Source of the DNA: Octopus bimaculoides
Taxonomy: Eukaryota
NCBI RefSeq assembly: GCF_001194135.2
Contig: NC_068984.1
Location: 56,707,740 to 56,771,739, forward strand
Reading direction: 5' to 3'
Length of the DNA stretch: 64,000 nucleotides
A program made the position numbers and the translations under genes. Positions 37,645 to 53,069 of the stretch are shown piece by piece (positions within the stretch are counted from its first letter, which is position 1; the number at the start of each line of letters is the position of its first letter). The notes under the pieces are model-generated. The model was not told the DNA's origin. It searched no databases and saw only the letters and a list, made by a program, of their open reading frames with translations.

Positions 37645-38410
37645 TTTTCATCATCATCATCACTATCATGATAATTGCCATCAGTTGAATCCTCTTTGAT
37701 AATCATTATTAGTCTCATAATCATCATTGTTAGTCACATCACATCATATTATCATTCACATAACTATCACTCGCATATCCCTGTACTCACACATCCCCAT
37801 CATTCACATCATTATCAATTACATCATCATCATTATCATTCGTATCTTATCCATATGATTTTCAATCACTATTATTAGTTATACCATTTACTCATATACA
37901 ATTAAGATTTTCACTCTTAATATCCATTCTACTATAGGCACAAGGCCTGAAATTTTGAGGGAGTTGAGGAGGTTAGTCAATTCCATCAACCCCTCTGCTC
38001 AACTGGTACTTATTTCATTGACCTCAAAATGACGAAAGACAAAATCGACCTTGGCAGAATTTGAACTCAGAGTGTAAAGCTGTATGTCACTAAGCACAGT
38101 TGCACACCAATATCACCCACTCACCAGTATCAGTCACTTGTCAATAGTAATCCTACATCATTCAGTCACACACGTTATTATCAGTCACACATCATCCATT
38201 GCACTTTAGGTACATACCTTCATCAGTCATATCAACTTCATATCAATATCAATCACATAATTATCAGTCATACATCACTATTAGTCACATGTATTAGTAT
38301 CATTAAGTGCATCAATAGCAGTCTCATGCATCATTGTCATCAGTTATACATCAGTAGTTAAACACCATCAGTCACACATCAACCTTTAGTCATTGCCTAA
38401 TCCTCATCAG
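37645..38410. repeat. Degenerate (CAT)n / ATCAGTCACAC low-complexity tract interrupted by SINE B
   Basis: Recurrent CATCAT and TCAGTCACA units on both sides of 37935-38100. Confidence 0.6.
37935..38100 (-). mobile_element. tRNA-derived SINE family B
   Basis: On -: GAGTTCAAATTCTGCCAAGGTCGATTTTGTC...AAATAAGTACCAGTTGAGCA. Confidence 0.75.
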
Positions 38411-39169
38411 TGCTACTATTATTTTCCTTTTACTTCAGCAGCAATAGGTAGCATCATTAAATAACCTCAGCTATATTAACACAATAGCCATACATTGCTG
38501 TTCACAGCTCGTTATCTGCAAACAGTGTTAATACTACCCCTTTAGACATAAATGTATATCCGCTCCCTCTACAGACTATTTTATCTTAAATGTTAACCTT
38601 TACCCTTACTTTACTGCACTATCATTTAATTTGATTTTATTCAAATTGTTTCAAGTTGAATAATTTTCCTGATGGTTCTCTACTAAACTTCCCACTCTAG
38701 TTAAACAACATTCTCATTGAAACCCTTCAATTTATTCAAAGCAATTGAATTATTCATATATTCAATGTAAAAATCACTCAGAGTTTGTCATTTGAAACAT
38801 ACATGCACACACATCTATGTATATGTATGTAAATACATCAGAGACTAGGATCACCTTCTCTACCTTAGTAAATGCATATACAAACCCATTCATGTATACA
38901 CATACATATAACTTGGAATAGAAATTTTGAGTGTAAGATGTTGAATATCTGACTGGAAACCAATTTATGAACATGAGTTCAAATTTTGCCACAACAGCAG
39001 TATATTGTGATGCCCATGCCAAGACAAAGCTAAAGTGTCTATTTTTGTCTCTGTTCATTCCCCAACCTTTTTCAGAGTGAATTAGATGCATTTTATTGTG
39101 GTATCAGCGCTGTGGTTGTCTTGTACTCTGCAAGGAAAGTCTTCACTACTCTATATTTTCTATATAGGT

Positions 39170-39560
39170 GCAGGTGTGGCTGTGTGGTAAGAAGCTTGCT
39201 TCCTGACTGCATGGTTCCAGATTCAATCCCACTGCATAGCACCATGAACAAGTGTCTTCTACTATAGCCTTGGGCTGATCAAAGCTTTGTGAGTGGATTT
39301 GGTAGATGGATGCTGAAAGAAGCCTGCTGTATATGTGTGTGCGTGTGTGTGTTTGTGTTTGTCCCCTAGTACTGCTTGACAGCCAGTGTTGGTGTGTTTA
39401 CATCCCTGTAACTCAGCAGTTCAGCAAAAGAAATGGATAGAACAAGTACCAGTATTAGCAAAATGAAAGTATTGGGGTTGATTCGTTCAACTAAAAATTC
39501 TTCAAGACAGTGCCCCAGCATGGCTGCAGTCTAATGATCAAAACAAGTAAAAGTTAAAAG
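39170..39560 (+). mobile_element. SINE family A, full length
   Basis: Head, core, (TG)n and tail all present. Confidence 0.85.
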
Positions 39561-39610
39561 CTGTGAATAGAAGAGAGTAATTGTAGAGAAGAGATGATTG
39601 CAGACAATGT

Positions 39611-39785
<175 letters not shown>

Positions 39786-39999
39786 TCTCCAAGGTTTTAG
39801 AATAGATACATTGTATTCCTGTGTATTTGAGAGCCAACTAAAAGGATTTGCATCAGGCAGAGTATCTGGTGATATAACACTCTCAAAAGGTCCTGTCCAA
39901 TTCATGCAGCATGGAAAAGTGGATTTTAAAATGATAACGCTGCTTATGATATATTTTATGATTTTATATGTGTGTGTGTGTGTGTGAGTGTGTATAAGA

Positions 40000-40340
40000 T
40001 GCAGGCATATTTGTTGTGATTGAGAAACTTGCTTTCCAACCACATGGTTCCAAGTTCAGTTCCTCTGCGTGGCATCTTGGGCAAGTGACTTCTACTGTAG
40101 CCTCAAGCTGACCAATGCCTATGTGTAGATTTGGTAGATGGATGTTGAAAGAAGCCCATTATATGTGTGCGTGTGTGTGTGAGTTGGTGTCTTCTTATCT
40201 TGATATTGCGTGAGAGTTGTAAACAAGTGGCACTGTCACACAGGAGTGTCTGTTGTTTCCAATCTTCCTTGAAAACTTGCCTTACTATGGGGAAATATCT
40301 TACTTGGAAACAGATAAAGGTTGACAGCAAGAAGGGATAA
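40000..40340 (+). mobile_element. SINE with family A head and core but a different 3' module
   Basis: Standard head to 40160, then unrelated sequence ending GGTTGACAGCAAGAAGGGAT, resembling the RTE 3' UTR motif. Confidence 0.6.
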
Positions 40341-41229
40341 CAAATTCTGTTCAACTCAAATGAGCATAGAAATGTGCATGTTAAAATAATAACTATATAT
40401 ATACGTATATAAAACAATATTTTTTAATATTACATTTGTTCAAGAATTAATATTTACAAATATATACTAGATATTTTATAGATTATTTCTTATAAAATGT
40501 ACACTACACTTAAAAAGAAAAAAAACAGCATTATGACCAATAAATCTATTTTTATGTACGCAAGGAACGAAACACAAATAAATGTATATGATGCAGATAT
40601 GGCTAAACATAAGTTTCAGAAAGAAATTGAAAGAGAAAGATAATGTACAAACAGTATTCTCTCTGTCTCTGTTTCTCTGTCTGTCTCTCTCTCTAAATAT
40701 CTTTAGAAAACATTTTTTTTAATGTTAGCATATATAAAAATGGTTTTATTGGTTCAAATTTGAAAACAAGAAGAAAATTCTGTAAATTTAAGAAGATAGC
40801 TTTTGAAATATACTTTTCAGAAATAGGAACTTATAACCGAAAGAAATAAAGAAATTCACGCAAATTACTTATTAAAGGTGTGTAGCTATGTTCAGTCCAA
40901 CCTTGCACTATTTAGTACCAATGTAGGATGAACGAATGCTTTTTCCTTAATATAAAAATTGTTCTTTCTATTGTGTTCTCTTTTTGGAAATGAATATATA
41001 TATATATATATATATAACATGATATAATAAATATATAATGTAATATGATATAATATAATATGATATACTATATATATATACATATGTGTGTGCACTTATA
41101 AGATATGAACATGTATATATATAGAGAGAGAAAGAGATGGATGAAAAGAATATCTAACATTGTTATGAATTATTAATTATTGGAAATCATTATATATGGC
41201 ACCATAAAGGCTTGGTCTGGTAGACTAGT

Positions 41230-41370
41230 TAGAGAACTGGAAAAAATGCTTTAAAGTAGTTTTTCTGACTCTTAATGTTCTGAGTACAAATCTTTCTGAG
41301 GTCAACTTTGTCTTTTAAACCCTCCAGGGTTGGTGAAATGAAGCACCAGTCAAGTACTGGGTTCATGGTA
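41230..41370 (-). mobile_element. SINE family B, diverged
   Basis: GAGGTCAACTTTGTCTTT and AAGCACCAGTCAAGTACTGGG match family B read on +; head orientation not fully resolved. Confidence 0.4.
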
Positions 41371-41459
41371 TTGAAAACTGCTGCCATTGTGCTCAAGTTA
41401 GAAGCCATTATGTGTGGCACCATATAATAGTAGGAGAATTAATTAGTTATAAATTTCTT

Positions 41460-41692
41460 TTTAATTCACTCATTAGACTGCAGTCATGCTGGGGCACTGC
41501 CTTGAAGAATTTTAGTTGAATGAATTGATCCCCAGTACTTTTATTTTTTAAAAGCCTGATACTTATTCTGTTGGTATCTTTTGTCAAACTGCTTAGTTAG
41601 GGGACATAAACACACCAAAATCAGTTGTCAAGCAGTGGCAGGGGACAAGCACAGATGCAGACACATGCACATGTATATATACATATATATAG

Positions 41693-41724
<32 letters not shown>

Positions 41725-41880
41725 GTCTATACATGACAGGCTTCTCTCAGTTTCCATATACCAAATTCACTCACAAGGCTTTTGCTGGCCCAGGGTTATA
41801 ATAGAAGGCCAAGATACCATGCAGTAGAACTGAACCTGGAACCATGTGGGAAACAAACTTCTTACCACACAGTCACTCTT
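41460..41880 (-). mobile_element. SINE family A
   Basis: Reverse complement of the family A tail (CATTAGACTGCAGTCATGCTGGGGCAC) and head. Confidence 0.8.
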
Positions 41881-44800
41881 ACACCTAAACACTTACCTTA
41901 AAACATTTAGTTTTACTCAGGAGTAGTTTTAGGGTGGTAACTTCAAATTATTAGGTAAGACATATAAGCAATAAAACAACTCGTTTCTTAGTATTTTTGT
42001 ATTGCCTGCCTCCAGCATTGCATATGACTAATTGTATGAAACTTGATGAGAACCAATAGTATTACACTTAATTTAATTTGTAATTTCTTTGCCAGTAATT
42101 TGCCATTTATAACTCTCCCAAATCACTTTACAACAGATCTAAATATGTTATAAATATATATACTTTTGTTTACATTTATTTTATTTACAACATCAGTATA
42201 TAGATGCAGCATAGCCAGATAAGTTTGCTTCACAGTAATAAGGACCTGGGATTGATCCTACTGCTTATCATCTTGGGTCAACTTTGTATGTGAAACAAGT
42301 TAGATGGAAATTGTGTGGAAGCCTTGTGGGTGGATTGTGCTTGTCTTTTAACAGTTCAGCTTTGTCACACTGCATCATACTGATTCCTTGTGATAATTAT
42401 ATGTGTCTAAGGACTGCCCACTCCTTTACACATTAATGTAAATCACTTACACATCATTGGGCAGATAGTTCAGTTGATCAAACAACTGAATATTCATCAA
42501 CAAAACTGATGCAACAGAAGACTATTGCTATATATATATGTGGCACATTTTTAGTTGCTTGCTCTGTTTATTAACAAATACTAAAATAATTTTAAGTTAC
42601 ATTTGGAAATTCTTTGATGCTACATATCTCCAAGTCATGTTACATTCCATCAGAACATATATTTCACATACCTTCAAGATGTAAATGTCTGATCTGATGC
42701 ATTCATAAACAAGATATAAAGCTGCTTCTTATTCTTTATTTTGTTTTTTTTTTCTTTCATTTTGTTTTTCATTTATTATTTTGTTTACTTTATATTTAAA
42801 AGAGATTTAGTTAGTCAGAGAAATGATTAAGCAGTGGTTGAGGATGTTTTAGATGTTTTGGAAATTTAGGAGTGGAAGTTTGAATTATAACTGTGTTAAG
42901 AATTTTGATTTCTTCATAAAGATAGAGAGAAGCAGGGTAAAACTATGGCCTATAGTCTATATATACATTACTGTAACATTGGAAACAATACCAGGGAATT
43001 AGCACAAGTGCTAGAGCATTGGATGACTTTACAGCATTTATTATGGCTCTTTGCATTCTGAATTCAAATTCTGCTGAAATTAATTTCACCTTTTTTCCTT
43101 TTAGAATTGATCAAAGTATCAGTCTAAGGCAACGAACTTCAGGAATTGTTGGATATTGGATGAGATACCTTGTGATATTTGTTCTGGCCTTTTGTATTCT
43201 GAGTTCAAATCCCAGCAAGGCCTATCAGCCATTATGGAGAGGGTTGTAACTCCGCCATGTACACATGAATGGTGTGTGAAATACAAGTATTTCGACCACT
43301 GCTCTGACACTTGTGTCAATTCACTGCCTTTGTTCCCAATGTCATGATAATGTAAATATAGACTACAAGCTGTAGCTTTACCTACTTCTCTTGTATCTTT
43401 ACTGAGATATTGAAATTCTTAACATTGTGATCATCCAAACTTTCACTAGCTAACCATTGATAGCATTTGAGTGATCCATGGTCTTGAAACTGCTGAATAG
43501 TGATAATGAACATTTGGAAATGAAACATAAGAAGTAGTGTATAGTTTAATTCCTTTGAAGGCATTCAAAGCATAATTAATTTTTATTTATTTATTTTAAT
43601 TTCAAATAAAATATATTTTGGACTGTTTTATTGAATATATCCTAACCTTTTTAAGTTGGCAAAGGCATGGTTTGAGGTAAGAGTTGGCTTGTATTTCTTG
43701 CAGGTTGAGCAACTATGTAAGGGTTCCCTTGTTGCTTTGTAGAAGCACCAGTTATAATCCAAGGTTGACTGAGTATATCCATCTCCTAAAAATTTTGTGA
43801 GAAATCAATATTTCCCTATATCATACCAACATAAGACTTCGATGTTGAGTTATAAAATGGCAGTCATTGAAAAAGATCAAAGCTCTAAAGTAATAATTTT
43901 GTTTTTGTAGTAATGCTCTGGAATCTTTAACAATTGTTCATGAATAATTCTTTGGAATTTCTCTTATAAACCTATGTCCTTTCTTTATAAAGTTATCTAA
44001 AGGAGATTGGAAGTATAAAAGAATTGTCAGATTTGTCGAGAGATTAAGGTTTGTTACTATTAATGAGTTCAAAAAGACACAGCTCTAAAAAATATGTTTA
44101 TACATTAATAGTTTTGTTATGCATTGGTCAAAATCTAAGCAATATTGAGAGAATCAGTGTAGTCTACTTTTGTTTCCTGTTCACATATATTTTGATATGT
44201 ATTGGAATAAATCTGTCATGTTTTCATTATCAACATGAAAGGCTGAAATGTGTGTGGGGGCAGGTGATCAGCTTTTTATCTTTGCAGTAACTCTTAGTTT
44301 CTATATTCAGTTTTGACTTTGAAGACTATTTTGTGCTAAGATGTTTGGGTAAGCTTTCTGTAACAAAAACATTTGATGGTACTGCAGATCAGTAAGTAAC
44401 ATGGAATTTCAATAAAAATATTTATTTTTACTACCTAGCACATCAAATTAAATAATTTTCATTACTTGCTTATATTAATCTAAAATGTTGACACTTGTTG
44501 TTGGGTCAGAACCTCCAATAATTGCAAGGATACTGATGTACAATTTAGCATTTGGACCATATATTTTTCCATTTTAAAGACATGTAAAGAATTTGTTCAG
44601 GGAGGCAAGCTTGTTGCTAGTTCTCTAAATGTTATCCATACAATTTAGCAGTGTGAATGTCATGAACTTGCGTTTCTGTCATGCTAATCCAGCTTGGGAA
44701 TTATGTAAAAGTTATTGTTGTCTGTGGAATACTCAGTCACTTCCATATTAATTTAACAAGTTTGATGTTTAGTTGGTCCAACAAAGGAATGCTCATTAAT

Positions 44801-45639
44801 AAAACCAACAAAGGATTCCTCATGAACACCATGAACAATGTTGATATTACATTTCAGTTCTTACCTCACCTGATTTGGCCTTCACCTGCTACAATATTTG
44901 ACTACACCTTTTTTTCATACTTCCTCTATCATTGTTTGGTTCCCTCATTACTTGTATCAACCCTTACACCACGTCTCACTGGATTTCATTTTCTCTCTAA
45001 CCACACCAACTCCTTCATTCATTTTTCTGATCTGCTAATTTTGTGACCTAGGTGATGAAATTTTTATATTCTTTCCCTGATGAACAAGCACTCAAAACAT
45101 TGCATTCTTTTACTCCTAATGGCAAATCATTCACAGAGTGAGCTCTTGTAAAATTCTTATGATAGTATCTTTCATTAGAAAGTTTCATTAATCTGTCTTT
45201 TTTGAATATTTGAATTTAAAAATCTGAATATGTTGAGTGGATCATTTTTATTATAATGGTATCTAGCTGAGAAACAACAAAGATCAGTAAGTGTAAAAAG
45301 GATGTTATATACTTTATTGATGAATTTTATACAGTATTTTGAAAACTGAAATGTAACAAATCTGACAGCCTCTGACTGAAGGATACCCTGTGATAAAACA
45401 TTTAGAGATAATGTGTAGATGTACCAAAAGGGAAGTACAATTAAGTCTTAACGATTATATGTGTCTTGTTATTTAGTTTGCAAACCAACCTTGATTAAGA
45501 AGACTTGTGATGAGAAGCATTCCAGCTATGATAAGACAGTGTCTCTAACATTACATTATTTTTGTCCTATTTTTATGATTTGAGAGAGGTTTGGCTAAAA
45601 CTGCTAGCTGGTTAAGCAATTATGTAAAGACTCTTTTTA

Positions 45640-45990
45640 TTAGTTCGTCATTTTTCTTTTTCCCTTTTTCAGTGACTGGAATGTGGCCATGCTGGGGCAT
45701 TACTTTGAAAGATTTTTAATTGATCATATTAATCAGAATGCTTGTGTTAGTCTGGTACTTATTGATCTGTAACTGCTAAGTTTTTGGACATAAGCAAAGA
45801 GCCATATTTTTCAAGAGTGTAAAGACAGGTAAGGAGACAGACAGACATGAACTCACACATATGACAGGAATTTGTATGGTTTCTGTTTATCAATTTCTTT
45901 CATATGAAATTGGTCCCTAGGTTATGGTTGAAGACTCTTACCCAAAATGCCACTCATTGACACTAATCCCTAAACCACATGGCTGAGCTG
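45640..45990 (-). mobile_element. SINE family A, old diverged copy
   Basis: TTTCAGTGACTGGAATGTGGCCATGCTGGGGCA and core remnants. Confidence 0.55.
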
Positions 45991-48634
45991 TGAGCTTCTT
46001 AAGTCTTTATATTTTCATCTATTGTTGTTTAGTCTGTACACCAATTTGACTAAGAAAACTTGTGATGTAAGGCCTTCCAGTCATGACAAGGCAGTGTGTC
46101 TAGTGCTACATTATCTTGTATGTCCTTTCATTTTTAAGATGTTAGCCATGCCTGCTTTTTGCTTCATTTACTTTTTTTTCTTTTTGTAGACTTTACTTAC
46201 TATAGCAGGTCATCAATTTGTAAGGCAGGAAATCTTTTAAATCTTAATCTGAACATTGAAATCTCTTTTTAGTCTCTTATATACAAATTTACTCTCAGGT
46301 TAATTTCTCTTTCGCTCTTTACTTTTTATCATTTTCCCAATGTTCTACTTGTTCACATCTGTTCTGTCTAAACCTTGTTTTCTAATTAATTTCTGGCTTA
46401 CCCTTTGTTTTCTCATTAATTTCTTCCTTCAGTTTCATCTTCACATAATCTCTCACTATTCTTATTCTTGTCCATTTTTTTATTTTCTCACTGAGGCTTT
46501 CTCTTCTTTTTTTTTCATGTTAACTCAACTGTACTGAAGTTGAAAGTTAATTATACATTATTGTCAATAGTCTCTTCACAACAATATCATTATTTGCCAG
46601 TCCTTGATTTCTTTTGATTATTGTATCAATGTAAAAAATACTGAAAAATGCAATGAGAGAATACATACCAAAGGAAAACATCTATTTACTTATTTATTGG
46701 CTAGAACAGCTTTCTAAAAAAAACATAAAGAACAAAGGAAGAAAAATAATCAGGAAAAAATGCCAGTAATTAATTTGGTTAGCTTGCAGTTGTTTTCTAA
46801 CAGTTACTTGTTAAGGAACTCATGTTACAAAAGAAGAAGAATGTTCATCAGTATTTCTAACATCAAAAGTGATCAAAATCTTTACTAAGCTCTACACTAC
46901 ATTAAAAAAAGAACTCACAAAAAAAAAACTCAGTTTCACAACCATTTTTCAATTCCTTGAATAGAAATATTTGTTAATTTAAAAAATGTTTTTGCTTCCA
47001 AATTTTCAAATATGAATTATTGGATTAAGTGATTTTGACTCTTTGGCTATGTTTAGCTAAACAAACTATGTAATGAGCTTTGCTTAGTAATATAACTTGG
47101 TGATTATAAAAAAAATTGTCAACAGTTATCTCACCATCACATCCTTTTTCCTTGTCTTCTATTTCAATTTCAAGCTTTCTCTGCATATGGAGTGTTGTGG
47201 TCAGCTTGAATGTGTAGATATTGGTGTTGGGTATTTTGAAGTACCTACGTTGCATAATGCTATTTTGTAATTATATAGACATGAGCATTAAATTGGAATA
47301 TTTAATAGTTGTTATTTACATATTACATCTAGAATTTTTTCTTGACACAGGCTAATCAGGGCCATATTATTTAATGCATTCTGTTTTTAAGACATCAGGA
47401 TGTAAATGGAGTGAGATTTGGTTGCTATTTCTCGCTAATTGAATGACTTCATTGGGGCTCTCTCATTGGTTTGTATAAACAGTTTTATATAATGTAATTT
47501 ACTACTGAACATTAGTTTCTTTTTGTAACATATGTATTGAATAATATTTTCTGTTAAAAAAGATTAAGCTTATTGTATTGCTATTGCTATTGTTTAATCA
47601 CTAAAATTGATGTTAGCTGAAAGGAACTGTTATTAAAAATTAGCTCTGATATTCTTAGGTCAAATTTATTTTATATTTTCATTTGCTTCCAATAAAAGGA
47701 TACCTTTGATCTACCATTGGGAATTGATGAATAGATATATACTAGCAGAGCTGTTGAGGATTTTATAGTTATGCAAAACACAAAGTCTTCAAATGTTGCC
47801 CATGAGATATGATTTGCATTCACTAGGCTTTGAATGATACAGCTTTTGAAGTACATTACATTTTTATTCTTAATCCTTGTGGAGGCACATGCATCTGGCA
47901 AGTTATGATTCACTAGACATTGGCACGAGACTACTGGATTGCATTAGAATATTGTATAAATCTTATAAACTGGCAAACAGCAGGTAGTTGGCTCCATCAT
48001 CATCTACACTTACGTTTTTCCTCTTGTTGAGGATAGGTACATGATATATAATTTCACCTCATACATTATTTTAATGCTGTTGGTAAACAATTTCTGGATT
48101 CAAGAATCGTTTTCCCTATCCAGTATGTTTATTTTCAATCAGATATCCAGATATATTCATTTCAGTTTACATTAATTTTTTTTCTTATTCATATCACTTT
48201 AACACTACATTTTTTTTTGTCAAGAAAAAGGTCAATGTTAACTGTTTTCTCTAGAAAGAATTGCTTATAATTACTTATTTTTTTGTTGTAGTTGTTGTTT
48301 ATATCAGCCTACATTGATTCTTAGTGTTTTAAATTAACAGTATCATATTATTTTTATCAATCACCAAGAGATAGAAAATATCTATAGAGTTTTAAGTTTG
48401 TTTTCCCAACTACTGGTCTCCAGCTCTATAATTAGAGCTCAGTACATCTATTTAAGAACAAAAATGCTGTCACTTTGCTACATAAAAATAACAACAAAGA
48501 AAGGCAAAACTATACAAATAAACATTATTGGAATAAACCTAATTTTTATTTTGGTATTTTATTAATCACTACTCTTGAAATAAACAAGCCTTACATTACC
48601 ATTAAGAATAGCCATGTTGTCTAATACTTACTGG

Positions 48635-48746
48635 ACAGTTACTTTGAAAGATATCCTGGGTTTTATAATAAGAATGCCTCCAACCACTTTTACTTTACTC
48701 TTGTGTGTGAGTGCTTGATTGTTGATATTCCATGCTTGACACTGCC
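48635..48746 (+). repeat. Donor arm of a 112-bp inverted duplication
   Basis: Reverse complement matches 55691-55802 at 111/112 positions. Confidence 0.95.
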
Positions 48747-51700
48747 TGAGTGAAATGGTGATGATGATTGACATTCCTTGTTGTCACTGACACCAATCAC
48801 TAGATTTTTAAAGACCTCTGAAATAAATCTCTCACTTGAAAAGAGGAAAGAGATGGCACGTATGTGTTTATATATATATGCGTGTGTGTGTGTGTGTATT
48901 TAATAATTATTGTCATACTATTTCCACGTAAGCATTGGTTGAATAGACCTGAAATGTGGGGCTTTACAAGTGACTAAATCCTGCTCTTTGTTTAGTATTA
49001 GAAGAGTTTGTGGCTGGTGCTTTTTGAGAAAATTTAAAAATATCTTTGCTGTTAGTGGTTTTTCTTTTTTATCTTGTGAGAATTCCTTGTTTATTTACCA
49101 TCTGCTATAATCATTATGCTAACACTAGAATTGTTTTTCCAGACATAAAAGCTTTATGTAATATATAAACTGTGAGCACAATAGCTAAGGTGGTAAGTTC
49201 CCTGCAAATTATGGTATGACCTATATTCAATGCATTGTAGTAACTATTTCATCCATTCTTCTGTTACCCTTAGGAAAGGCATGAATACCGTGACTTTTCT
49301 GAATTCAATAATATTATCTATTGATGAAAGCCTCTGATCATGAAGAATCAAGCAATTAATTAACGCTAATGTATGATATAAATGATTTCTCTTATGTGCT
49401 AATAGAAGGCTGATATTTAAAAGATATTTATAATTTTTGGAGGATTATGATACTATAGTTATTTCATAATTTTTCCACTGTTCTAGCTTTTCTAAATACC
49501 TATTTAGCTTTACATAGTTACCTTTGATATGGAAACCCACAGTATTTTTAGTAAATGGTTTATCATACAAAAAAAAAAAGAAAATAGAAACCAGCTATGC
49601 AGTAGATTACCTAGATGTATGTAAGTTTTAATAGTTGATTTAGAATCTTTCTGTGTGCTTGAGGCACTTATCATCTATAAACAATGAAACTGCATGAACT
49701 TAATCATCTAATTATTAGCACAATAAATTTGTATGTATTTCTATTTTCTTCATACTTTAACCTTTTGGAGATGTGGCAAACTAATGTTACTACACTGAAG
49801 AAGATAGAACCATTTTTTTTTTTTTTTGTGAGATACATAAAAAAAGTGTCTTCATAGACAAAGAAGTCCATATAAAACTTTATAGAAATTTGTCTCATTT
49901 TTTTTCTTTCTAGCAGTAAATTGGCTGGCAGATAGATTGGCCTAATAGTTTTATTATAGGTTTAATATATTTTACATATATTTAACTTTGTGACAAACTA
50001 GATTACAGAAATAGTAAAATCAACTGGCTTTTTGAAAGATTGAGATAGCAACTGTGAAACAGCAAGCATATATTGGTCCAAGTGAAGTGTAAAGTATACT
50101 GAAAAAAAAATATTATCCAACCATATTAGAAACATAGACAACAGACCATATTAAAGAAAAACAAGAACTGCATGAGTCACTCAAGAGTGCCTAAATGATT
50201 ATGGCTCAAGACCAGTCAGCTCTAAGGAGCAAAGACTGAAGTAATTAGTGGGAAAAAGAAGGGTGGAATTTGTGGAGGTACATTTGCTAGAAGAGACACT
50301 TGGTGATAGTGAAGCTAAGCGTATGAGGGTTCTAGTTGTGTAACGTTCATTCTGAAGTGGCGGGGTCAGGTATGATAATGTTTTCTTGACATGTAGTGAT
50401 TGTCTCTGCACTGTTGAAGAAGACAAGATTGGCATGGCAACATTGGAAAATGTTTTGAGGTCTCTCTTATAGAATCAATGCGAATTTGGCATGCTCTGTC
50501 AAGATTGCAAGTGGATATCATTTAGTTTTGTTAGGGAGGAATGCAAGATGATATCCTCTCGGATGGTTTTGCAGAGTTTTAATGCTTAGGGAAAGGTGTC
50601 CAACTTGTAGGGGTGGGTGATGACTTTCTCTGAGTGTTGTAGGCTGTTTGTTTTTGCTTGCACAGGCTTGTAAATACCCCCCCCCCCCAATATATATATA
50701 TATATANNNNNNNNNNNNNNNNNNNNNNNNNNNNNNNNNNNNNNNNNNNNNNNNNNNNNNNNNNNNNNNNNNNNNNNNNNNNNNNNNNNNNNNNNNNNNN
50801 NNNNNNNNNNNNNNNNNNNNNNNNNNNNNNNNNNNNNNNNNNNNNNNNNNNNNNNNNNNNNNNNNNNNNNNNNNNNNNNNNNNNTATATATATATATATA
50901 TATTGAGTGACCATACCAACACAAATGAGAGAAGAATGCTTGAAATAAGAATAGTGAGAGAAGGAGAAAAAGTGAGTAGAAGTGGGATGAAGTTGGATGT
51001 GTTATTGTGTTAATTGTAAAGTAATGGCTTAGTTGTTGCACCGCTTAATCTAGCTTTGTGTGTGTGTGTGTGTGTGTGTGCATGCACATAGGTTCCTCAT
51101 CACACAAGCATATATTCCTCTTCCCTCTATCACTCACCTCTCTATGGCATTATTCTGCTGCTGTAATGAAATCAGAACTTGTTACAAACCATATATCACC
51201 TTTTCTGTACTGTCAGTCACCACTCTCTCTCTTCTGAGCTATTTCCAAGAGACTTTGGAGTACGATGTGATCCTCTAATCCTTTGGATCCTGTCAAATCA
51301 CCCAACCCATGTCAGCATGGAAAGTAAGCATAAAAATGATGATGTTATATATGTATGTATATATGTTTTATCCTAACACTGAGTGATTGTCCATGTGAAT
51401 GTGTTCATGCAGCTATTTCACTGTGAAATAGAGTTCCAATTGTGACTGTTCCTTTTTTTTTTCAAACATAGTATATCTGGGACTACATTATGTTGTCTTT
51501 CAACTCTATGATGGTAGTTTGTGATTTGAGGAAGATTTGGTTGCCATTTCTGTTTAAGACTGTAACACTCGCAATAAATTGTAATTTATAACACTTACCT
51601 ATGTATCGTAATGACTAATCAAGAATATATCTAACCTTACATCTTCTCGGTTTAAATATAGATTTTGAATGAACTCATACCTGGAGTGATGTAGCTAGCT

Positions 51701-53069
51701 TCATGTTTTGATTTATTATATTGTTGTTCATGTATTGGCATAAAGAAAAAATGTTACACTTATAGTTTATGTATTTTTATAATGGCAGTATGTTTGATGA
51801 GTGTGTGTGTGTATATATATGTATATAATATATATAACAAACAAAGAAGGAAGGATAATAGATAGGTTTTATATAACTTTCTTTTGGTTTTCACTATTCA
51901 TTAAAAATACAAATTATCTTTTTTTCTGTTTGAAAATGTTTACTGCTGAAAATCAATCCAGTTCAATGTGAATTAAGCAGTGATGTATGCAATTACAAAC
52001 TTGCTGCAAGTCTGAAGAAGGATTGGCAGTAATTTATTATCTGCAAGATTATTAAAGACACACACTTCAGTCTTAGATTGAAACAACTCAATTCTTCTAT
52101 TATGAATTATTTCTTTTTGCTGAATCATAAACTAGGATTGTTTGGAGTGTAACTGAATGAGGAACAAGTAGTTTCCAATGAACCTCATTGATGTTATAAT
52201 ACTTTTAATCATCACCATAATAATCTTCATCTTTTTCAACATTTTAACATTCTTCAATCATTATCCTGTTCTTCACATCTACAATCCTGATTGCTGCTAA
52301 TTCCCAGTTCCTACCTTGTTCTGTACCATTGACTCTTATTCACCATTCAATGAGATATGCTACCTTTGATTATGTCAAGAGAGAAGGTCCTTGGTTGTAG
52401 AGGTTCAGTGTGCAAATTAGAGTAAATGAGAGTGTTTGTTACAAGTTGTGTATGTGAGAGCATGTGAGGTTACTTGCAGTTTTTTTTGCTCTCAGTCACG
52501 AAGTTCTCTCTTTCTTTTTCTCTCTGTTTGTCTCTCTCTCTTCTCCTCTCCCCTTCCTCTTTCTCACATTTATTGGCAGGCATAGCTGATAGCAAAGAAG
52601 AAGTCAGATGCCCATTATAAACTGTGGAGAGCTGTCATCATTTTCCACTGTGTGATAATATTTCCCCTACCAACAAACCAAAAATTTATAGCATTGAAGA
52701 TATTTCATCCTACCTAGTTATTGTCATCATAATCATCTCTCTATAGACATCATCTGTAATTGATATGATCCTGTTTGCTCCCTCCTAAGAAAAAAAAAAA
52801 ATGAATAACTCTGCCCCACCCTGAAAGAATTGCAAGTATTAACATGGTTCTATCATAAATATGTCAAAATTCTTATTACATGGTAATGATGATGAAATGA
52901 GCTGAGTTATGTGTGATAGGGAAATTATGCTGATTAAATAAATGTCAGCCATTCAGAGAAAGACAAAGTAATGTTTAATGAGTAGCAGGATCATCAACAT
53001 GTGGAAGAATGATCCTAAAGCATAATTACAGGTGTTATTAAAAGGACGGAAGGTGTATTGCAGGATACT

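Noticed and set aside
50160-50680. Coding-like fragment on - beside a (TA)n gap, possibly Penelope
   Set aside because: No diagnostic RT or GIY-YIG motif recoverable.
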